DNA of 64,000 nucleotides from an uncultured Oscillospiraceae bacterium (GTDB lineage Bacteria; Bacillota; Clostridia; Oscillospirales; Oscillospiraceae): NCBI GenBank assembly GCA_910578505.1, contig CAJTPV010000013.1, positions 1,914 to 65,913 of the forward strand, read 5' to 3'. Shown piece by piece: positions 57,400 to 64,000 of this stretch (position 1 is its first letter; each line of letters starts with the position of its first letter). The notes under the pieces were generated by a model. It saw only the letters and a program-made list of their open reading frames with translations, ran no database searches and was not told where the DNA came from. The position numbers and the translations under genes were made by a program.

Positions 57400-58634
57400 G
57401 GACGCTGTATTGGGAGTGCGCCATGGGCGCGGCGGGCGATATGCTGATGGGCTCGCTGTACGAACTGTATATAGAAAAGCAAAAGTTCCTGGATGTTATG
57501 AATTGCCTGCTTCCCGGTGTGACCCTGGCGGCGGAAGCTGTCACGCGCCAGGGGATTTCCGGTACCCATATGCGGGTACAGATCCACGGGCACGAGGAGG
57601 GCTGCGGCCACCATGACCACCATGACCACCACCATCACCACCGCTCCCCCGCTGACATCGACGCCATGATCGACGGCTTCCCCCTGCCGGAGGCCGTCCG
57701 GACCAACGCCAAGAGGGTATACCGCTCGATCGCCCAGGCGGAGGCCCTGGCCCACGGCTGCGCGCCGGGGGAGGTGCATTTCCACGAGGTAGGGTCCCTG
57801 GACGCGGTGATGGACGTGACGGGCGTGTGCTATCTGATGGAGCTTTTAGCGCCGGAGGCGGTGCTGGCCTCCCCGGTGGCGGTGGGCAGCGGGACGGTGT
57901 CCACCGCCCACGGCCTTCTGCCGGTGCCCGCTCCCGCCACCGCCAGACTGCTGGAGGGCATCCCCGTAACAGCCGGTGAAATTGCGGCGGAGCTGTGTAC
58001 GCCCACCGGCGCGGCGCTGCTGAAGCGCTTCGCCGGCAGCTTCGGCCCCATGCCGGCGGGCACTGTGCTGGGCTGCGGCTACGGCTGCGGAACAAAGGAT
58101 TTTGCGCGGGCCAACTGCGTGCGGGCTTTTTTGCTGGAAACAGCGGCAGAGGCGGCGGGCCCCAACGACGCGGTGACAGAGCTGAAAGCCAACCTGGACG
58201 ACATGACCGGCGAGGCCCTGGGCTTCGCCATGGAGCGGCTGCTGGAGGCCGGGGCGCTGGATGTGTCCTATGTCCCGCTGCAGATGAAGAAGAACCGGCC
58301 GGGGGTTCTGCTGCTGTGCCTGTGCCGCCCTGCCGACGCGGACCGGCTGGCCAGGGAGATCCTGGCGCACACCAGCACCTTCGGCGTGCGGCGCACGGAC
58401 TGCTCCCGGTACGCCCTGACGGTGGAAAAGGAGACGGTGGAGACGGCGTTCGGCCCGATTTCCTGTAAGACCGGTTCCGGCTACGGCGTGACGAAGCGGA
58501 AGCCGGAGTATGAGGATGCCGCCGCCGCGGCAAGGGAGGGCGGCGCGGCGCTGGAGACGGTGCGGGAGGCCGCTCGGATGGGAGAAAGGAGAGCAGACAA
58601 TGCTGCCGGAAAGAAAACTGCTGACCTTAATTGA
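57396..58634 (+). CDS. larC: Nickel insertion protein LarC (DUF111).
   Basis: MRTLYWECAMGAAGDMLMGSL N-terminus. His-rich loop HGHEEGCGHHDHHDHHHHH. Confidence 0.8.
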   Translation: MRTLYWECAMGAAGDMLMGSLYELYIEKQKFLDVMNCLLPGVTLAAEAVTRQGISGTHMRVQIHGHEEGCGHHDHHDHHHHHRSPADIDAMIDGFPLPEAVRTNAKRVYRSIAQAEALAHGCAPGEVHFHEVGSLDAVMDVTGVCYLMELLAPEAVLASPVAVGSGTVSTAHGLLPVPAPATARLLEGIPVTAGEIAAELCTPTGAALLKRFAGSFGPMPAGTVLGCGYGCGTKDFARANCVRAFLLETAAEAAGPNDAVTELKANLDDMTGEALGFAMERLLEAGALDVSYVPLQMKKNRPGVLLLCLCRPADADRLAREILAHTSTFGVRRTDCSRYALTVEKETVETAFGPISCKTGSGYGVTKRKPEYEDAAAAAREGGAALETVREAARMGERRADNAAGKKTADLN

Positions 58635-59163
58635 TTTGGATGCTATCGACGATGACCACCGGTATGAGCTGATTGACGGTGATCTGTACCTGCTGGCCGC
58701 CCCAGCGCCGCCCCATGTGCTGGTCAGTTCGAGATTGCTGAAAAAAATACAGAGCTATTTGGGGAACGGACGCTGCGAGGCGTTCCACGCGCCGGCTGAC
58801 GTATATCTCTTTAATCGGCCAGGGGATCCCGATAGCGACATCACCACCGTCGTGCAGCCGGATCTTTTCGTGGTCTGCGACTCCCAACAGATCGGGAAGC
58901 AGGGCTTTTACGGGCCGCCTACGCTGGTGGTCGAGATCCTCTCGCCGTCCACTGCCGGTATAGACCGGTTCATCAAATACGAGAAATACCAGCGGGCCGG
59001 CGTGCAGGAATACTGGATCGTGGACCCACAGCACAGGATCGTCAGCGTCTACACGCTGACCGACGGGCGCTATGGCGGGGGCGTGGCCTACAGCGGCACG
59101 CTGTGCTCCGGCGTCTTCCCCGGCCTGGAGGTCCCTTTGAGCGAAATCTTCCCGGAGTCATAA
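58600..59163 (+). CDS. Uma2-family (DUF820) PD-(D/E)xK endonuclease.
   Basis: D...EIL(S/E)PST...KY motif arrangement typical of the Uma2 family. Overlaps the larC 3' end. Confidence 0.65.
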   Translation: MLPERKLLTLIDLDAIDDDHRYELIDGDLYLLAAPAPPHVLVSSRLLKKIQSYLGNGRCEAFHAPADVYLFNRPGDPDSDITTVVQPDLFVVCDSQQIGKQGFYGPPTLVVEILSPSTAGIDRFIKYEKYQRAGVQEYWIVDPQHRIVSVYTLTDGRYGGGVAYSGTLCSGVFPGLEVPLSEIFPES

Positions 59164-59281
59164 AAATAAATAATAACCTGTTGCAAATTTGTAACAACTT
59201 TTTTCCCAGTCTGTGCTATAATGACACAGGCCTGCCGCGGACAGCCCCGCGGTAAAAATCCTAATCAGGAGGTTCCACACG

Positions 59282-62041
59282 ATGAAACAGAAGAACAGAT
59301 TACTGGCCGGGCTGCTGGCCGCGGCCTTGATGCTCGCCCTGATCCCCAGCGCCTACGCGGCCCAGGACCGCTGCCCCACCTGCGGCGGGCCCAACGGCAC
59401 CTGCACGGTCATCAAGGAGGCCAACTGCCACGAGGAGGGCGTTGAGGAGTACATCTGCCTCAATGACACCTGTCCCCAGTACCGGCAGTCCCAGCTGCGC
59501 AAGCTGGAGCGCAGCCCGGATTACCACGACGCCATCTATACCGACAACGGCGATGGCACCCACTCCGGGATCTGCAGCCACCACGCCTCCCCCATCACTG
59601 TGCAGCGCGAGCGGCACACCTACTCCAACGGACTGTGCACCAAGTGCCGCGCCGTGGACTACAGCTCGGTCAACATCTCCCTGCCGGAAAACCCGGTGGT
59701 CTACGCCGCCCTGGACGACACCTCCGCCGTCCTCTCCCTCAGCGACGTGAGCCTGTCCATCGGCAGCGCCGATATCACCGCGGAATACGACTTCTCCTAC
59801 AACTGGTACTACCAGGGCAAGCTGGTGGGCAGCGACAAGACCTACACCCTGCCCGCCGACATCACCGGCAAGGAGGGCTCCTATAAATATGTGTGCTTCG
59901 TGATGGCTGTGCCCAAAAACAGCCTGACCACCCAGCCGGTCAGCGGCTCCTGCACCGTCACCGTGCGGGTGCAGGACCTGATCACCGCCTACGCGGCTGT
60001 GGGCCGCGGCGACAAGTTCCTCTACCTGGGCGACCGGGACAGCCAGTCCTCCCAGTCCGTGGAGGAGCAGATCTATGAGGCCGTCTACAGCGCCTCGGAC
60101 AGCCACCCGGACTACGTGATCTTCAACAACACCGCCTCCACCACGAAGGCCGGCGCCCTGGACGTGGTCACCGGGGACAGACGCTACTACTTTGACCCCT
60201 CCACCTCCAGCCAGTACGCCCTGAAGGACGTGGCCTTCCGGCCCAGCGGCGACGCCACCGGCACCTATACCATCGGCTTTTCCGCCTACGACACCAGGGG
60301 CAAGGAGTATGCCGGCGTGCTGAGCATCACGGTGGGTCAGTACGCCGGGGATATGGACATCCTCTACACCACCTCCAGAGATACCGCCCTGAAGCTGTCC
60401 GCGGCGGCCTTTGAGGACTTCTGGCTGGACGCCTATAACCGGGGCTCCCTGACCTGGGTCCGCTTTACCCAGCTCCCCGCCGCCGCCGAGGGCAGCCTCT
60501 ATGTGGACTACACCTCCGCCGACCGCCCCGGCACCCGCGTGCGGGCCGGCGACACCTTCTATAAGGACCCTGGCCGCAATCAGTACGGCATCGGCGATGT
60601 GACCTTCGTGGCCGGTGCGCGGCAGTCCGGCTATGTGGTGGTCCCCTTTGAGGCCTACGGCGAGAACAATGCCGGCCGCCAGATCTATCTGGACGGCAGC
60701 ATGTATATCCTGGTCAGCGACGGCACGGCGGCGGATATCACCTGCCGGGTCTCCGCCGGCGGCACTTACGCCTTCAACGAGGCGGACTTCCTCTCCGTCT
60801 ACCAGACCGCCACCGGCAGCAAGGGCTCCGGCTTCAGCATCCAGCTGAGCGGCGTGCCCGCCAACGGCGCGCTCTATGTGGGCTACACCGCCTCCGGACG
60901 GGGCACCAAGCTCACCGCCGCCAACGTGGCCGGCAGGCCCTTCTACTACAGCGGCGCCCGCGGCGACCTCATCCGGGATCTCACCTACGTCCCCGGCAGC
61001 AGCCTGGCGGACACGGTCAGCTATCTGGCCTACGACTCCCAGGGGAAGCTGCTCTATTCCGGCAAAATTGTTTTCACCGTTGGCGAGCTGGCGGTGAACT
61101 ATACCTCCGCCGCCGCAGGCGTGAATTTCAAGGCCAGCGACTTTGAAAAGCTGCTGGGCGCCACCGGCAAGCTCTCCACCGTCTCCTTTACGCCCCCTGC
61201 CGCCGCTTCCGGCACCCTGTACTACGGCCGCTCCGGAACCAGCGCAGGCACCGCCATCACCAGCGACAGCGTCTGGTACAGCGTGTCCACGGCCAACACC
61301 GGCGTCAACGCCCTGAGCATGGACAACGTCACCTTCGTCCCCAGAGCCGGCTTCAGCGGCACGGTCAACATCCCCTTTACCGCCTATGACGCCGGCAACA
61401 GCAAGGTCACCGGCACCGTGCACATCACCGTCAGCGCCCCCACAACTACCAATCCGGGAACCACGACGGATCCCGGCAATACCACCAAGCCCAGCTATAC
61501 CGTCAGCTTCCCGGACGTGCCCAACACCACCGGCAACGCCTGGTACTACACAGCGGTGATGGATCTGGCCCAGGCCGGCGTCATCGGCGGGCGCAGCGAC
61601 GGGAAGTTCTATCCCAACGACGCGGTGACCTACGGCGAGGCCCTGAAGATGATCATGCTGGCCACCGGCTATACAGAGCAGGCCCCCACGGGCAACCACT
61701 GGGCCAGCGGATACATGAGCCGGGCCGTGACCGACAAGCTGCTGCCCAAGAGCGTGGACCCGGACCGGAAAATCAGCCGGTACACCATCGCCGAGGTGGC
61801 CGCCAAGGCCCTGCGCCTGCCGGTGTCCGCCGTACAGACCACCGCCTTTGACGACATGGCGGCCAGCGAGGCCTCCGCCCCCTATGTCATGGCCCTCTAT
61901 ACCGCCGGCATCGTCAACGGCTCCAAGGATGAGGCGGGCAAGGTGAACTTCAAGGGCACCTTTGCCATCCGCCGCTGCGAGATGTCCGTCATCATCTGGC
62001 GCATCAACAACTACAACCGCACCGGCAGCGCGGCGGGCTGA
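59282..62041 (+). CDS. Secreted SLH-anchored surface protein with a Cys-rich N-terminal module and Ig-like repeats.
   Basis: Signal peptide MKQKNRLLAGLLAAALMLALIPSAYA. Three C-terminal SLH domains. Confidence 0.75.
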   Translation: MKQKNRLLAGLLAAALMLALIPSAYAAQDRCPTCGGPNGTCTVIKEANCHEEGVEEYICLNDTCPQYRQSQLRKLERSPDYHDAIYTDNGDGTHSGICSHHASPITVQRERHTYSNGLCTKCRAVDYSSVNISLPENPVVYAALDDTSAVLSLSDVSLSIGSADITAEYDFSYNWYYQGKLVGSDKTYTLPADITGKEGSYKYVCFVMAVPKNSLTTQPVSGSCTVTVRVQDLITAYAAVGRGDKFLYLGDRDSQSSQSVEEQIYEAVYSASDSHPDYVIFNNTASTTKAGALDVVTGDRRYYFDPSTSSQYALKDVAFRPSGDATGTYTIGFSAYDTRGKEYAGVLSITVGQYAGDMDILYTTSRDTALKLSAAAFEDFWLDAYNRGSLTWVRFTQLPAAAEGSLYVDYTSADRPGTRVRAGDTFYKDPGRNQYGIGDVTFVAGARQSGYVVVPFEAYGENNAGRQIYLDGSMYILVSDGTAADITCRVSAGGTYAFNEADFLSVYQTATGSKGSGFSIQLSGVPANGALYVGYTASGRGTKLTAANVAGRPFYYSGARGDLIRDLTYVPGSSLADTVSYLAYDSQGKLLYSGKIVFTVGELAVNYTSAAAGVNFKASDFEKLLGATGKLSTVSFTPPAAASGTLYYGRSGTSAGTAITSDSVWYSVSTANTGVNALSMDNVTFVPRAGFSGTVNIPFTAYDAGNSKVTGTVHITVSAPTTTNPGTTTDPGNTTKPSYTVSFPDVPNTTGNAWYYTAVMDLAQAGVIGGRSDGKFYPNDAVTYGEALKMIMLATGYTEQAPTGNHWASGYMSRAVTDKLLPKSVDPDRKISRYTIAEVAAKALRLPVSAVQTTAFDDMAASEASAPYVMALYTAGIVNGSKDEAGKVNFKGTFAIRRCEMSVIIWRINNYNRTGSAAG

Positions 62042-62073
62042 GAGGCGCGGACTGATAAGGAGAACAACCGTCT

Positions 62074-63690
62074 ATGGAACAGATATACGTCACCGGGCAC
62101 AGGAACCCGGACACGGACTCCGTGGTCTCCGCCATGGCCTACGCGGCCCTGCGCAACGCCGTGGGCGACCGCCAGTATGTGGCCGCCCGCCTGGGCCACC
62201 TCAGCGACGAGACCAAGCTGATCCTCAACCGCTTCGGCTTTGAGCCCCCCCTCTTTATCAAGAATATGCGCACCCAGGTACAGGATCTGGACTTTGACGT
62301 GCCCCCCATTCTCCACGAGGCCGTCACCGTGGGCCGGGCCTGGGCGGCGCTGGAGGAGGACCACCAGATCTCCGCCATCCCCGTCACCGACGACGAGGGC
62401 CACCTGAAGGGCATGATGTCCGCCGGGGATATCGCGGGGTATGATATGCGCACCATCGAGGACCCCACGCTGCGGAAGGTGCCTTTGTTCAACCTGCTCA
62501 GCGTGCTGGAGGGCCAGCTGCTCAGCGAGGGCACGGATATGGTCACCACCATCTCCGGCGAGGTGATCCTGGCCCTGCCCCAGGGTACGGAGCTGCCCCC
62601 CTTCCGGCAGAAGGACACCATCCTCATCTGCGGCCACCAGCCGGAGATGCTGCGAAAGGCCCTGGAGTACGGCGTGGCCTGCGTCATCCTCTGCCAGGCG
62701 GAGCTGCCGGAGGAGCTGCGCCCCGCCGCCCAGAGCACCTGCATCATCTCCACCCCCTTTGACAGCTACCGGGCCGTGCGCCGCATCTTCCACGCCATCC
62801 CCATCAAGCGGGTGGCCCGGAAGACGGAGCTGCAGTCGTTCCACCTGGAGGACTATATTGACGACGTGCAGGAGGAGGTGCTCCAGAGCCGCTACCGCAG
62901 CTATCCCATTCTGGACAGCCAGGAGAAGGTGGTGGGCACCCTCTCCCGGTACCACCTCATCAAGCCCCGGCGGAAAAAGGTGGTGCTGGTGGATCACAAC
63001 GAGGCCTCCCAGTCCGTGCCCGGTCTGGAGCAGACCGACGTGCTGGAGATCATCGACCACCACCGGCTGGCGGATATCCAGACCAAGAACCCCATCTATT
63101 TCCGCAATGAGCCGGTGGGCAGCACCACCACCATTGTGGCGGGCATGTATCAGGAGCGGGGGCTGATGCCCTCCGGCAAGCTGGCGGGGCTGATGGCCGC
63201 GGCCATCCTCTCGGACACGGTCATGTTCAAGTCCCCCACCTGTACGGCCCGGGACAGGAAGATGGCGGAGCGCATGGCCTATATCGCCGACATCTCTTTG
63301 GACGAGCTGGGGCGGGAGATCTTCTCCGCCTCCGCGCCGGAGGACAGGCCGGCCAGAGACCTGCTGTTTACGGATTTCAAGGAATTCCATATCGCGGGCC
63401 ACAACTTTGCCGTCAGCCAGATCACCTGCGTGGACTCGGACCGCCACCTGAAGCGGAAGGACGAGTTCCTCGCGCTGATGGAGGAGGCCAAGGCGGAACA
63501 CGGCTACAGCATGATGCTGCTGATGCTGACGGACGTGCTGCTGGAGGGCAGCAAGGTGCTGTGCCTGGGCGGCGAGGATACGTTCCGCCAGGCGTTCAAC
63601 GTGGAGCTGAAGGATCACGAGGCGTTTCTGCCCCGGATCATGTCGCGGAAAAAGCAGATCATCCCCATGCTGTCGGCCCTCTGGGGCTGA
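62074..63690 (+). CDS. ppaC: CBS-domain-containing family II (Mn-dependent, DHH/DHHA2) inorganic pyrophosphatase.
   Basis: DHH motif (HRNPDTDS), paired CBS insert and DHHA2 C-terminus. Confidence 0.8.
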   Translation: MEQIYVTGHRNPDTDSVVSAMAYAALRNAVGDRQYVAARLGHLSDETKLILNRFGFEPPLFIKNMRTQVQDLDFDVPPILHEAVTVGRAWAALEEDHQISAIPVTDDEGHLKGMMSAGDIAGYDMRTIEDPTLRKVPLFNLLSVLEGQLLSEGTDMVTTISGEVILALPQGTELPPFRQKDTILICGHQPEMLRKALEYGVACVILCQAELPEELRPAAQSTCIISTPFDSYRAVRRIFHAIPIKRVARKTELQSFHLEDYIDDVQEEVLQSRYRSYPILDSQEKVVGTLSRYHLIKPRRKKVVLVDHNEASQSVPGLEQTDVLEIIDHHRLADIQTKNPIYFRNEPVGSTTTIVAGMYQERGLMPSGKLAGLMAAAILSDTVMFKSPTCTARDRKMAERMAYIADISLDELGREIFSASAPEDRPARDLLFTDFKEFHIAGHNFAVSQITCVDSDRHLKRKDEFLALMEEAKAEHGYSMMLLMLTDVLLEGSKVLCLGGEDTFRQAFNVELKDHEAFLPRIMSRKKQIIPMLSALWG

Positions 63691-63757
63691 CGGCCCGGCA
63701 GGCGAAAGCGGCTGGACGGACGGTCCCCATACCCGGAAAGGATAAGGTTGGCAAGCA

Positions 63758-64000
63758 TGAAAATCAAGCGGTTCTCTTTTGCGGCGTTTTGCCTGGCGCT
63801 GTTCCTGCTGGCAGGAGCGGCATGGGCTGCGGACGCGGGCAATGCCTGCGGAGATGATCTGACATGGACGTGTACGGAGGACGGCGTTCTCACCGTCAGC
63901 GGAACAGGCGCGATGTGGTCCTATGGCCTGCAGGGCGTGCCGTGGGACAGAAACTGTGTGAAAAAAGTGGTGATCGAGGAGGGCGTGACCTCCATCGGCG
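63758..64000 (+). CDS. BspA-type leucine-rich-repeat surface protein, 3'-truncated at the window end. Its N-terminus is paralogous to the 27013 giant protein.
   Basis: Signal peptide plus a GDDLTWTCTEDGVLTVSGTGAM motif shared with the 22796..27013 protein. Confidence 0.55.

Overview
This is a high-GC (~62%) Firmicutes/Clostridia-like chromosomal window, possibly Oscillospiraceae-like (not checked), dense with housekeeping genes. Its core, at about 37.2-53.4 kb, is a division/cell-wall (dcw) cluster: mraZ, rsmH, ftsL, two tandem class-B PBP paralogs, murE, mraY, ftsW/spoVE, murG, murA, a GNAT insertion, ftsQ/divIB and ftsZ. A canonical promoter plus three GTGGG direct repeats (an MraZ operator) sits in front of it. 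Downstream are a RelB/DinJ-YoeB type II TA pair, spoIVB, a THUMP RNA methyltransferase, larB-larC, a Uma2 endonuclease, an SLH-anchored surface protein and a CBS-DHH pyrophosphatase. Upstream are nadE, degV, an MsbA-like ABC exporter, a ylmH-like gene, a DUF896 gene, a TelA/XpaC-like gene, a perfect-repeat coiled-coil gene, a non-canonical Hsp70 + J-domain membrane protein pair, an ArsC/YffB-family protein, Sir2/cobB, a hybrid sensor kinase, a sugar-binding protein, a radical-SAM enzyme, a 1405-aa LRR/SLH surface protein of mosaic composition, a P-II-like + DUF1538 pair, rtcB + an SPFH protein, and a yloV/asp23/rsmD/coaD block. No rRNA, intact tRNA, CRISPR array or transposase was found. The most unusual locus is at 2.05-2.75 kb: a tandemly duplicated, convergently transcribed module. 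It carries a 31-aa hydrophobic/Arg-tailed peptide gene on the minus strand and an antisense RNA on the plus strand; both have near-consensus promoters, and they share a terminator hairpin that shows compensatory changes between the two copies. The architecture matches a type I toxin-antitoxin system, and the peptide is not one I recognise. Other leads are a tRNA-like T-arm/acceptor minihelix in the 450-nt leader of the SPFH-rtcB operon, a thrice-repeated AT-rich palindromic ~75-bp element bracketing the second PBP paralog, a promoter-driven candidate sRNA at 27.2-27.5 kb, and a 63-bp perfect tandem repeat array inside a coiled-coil gene.
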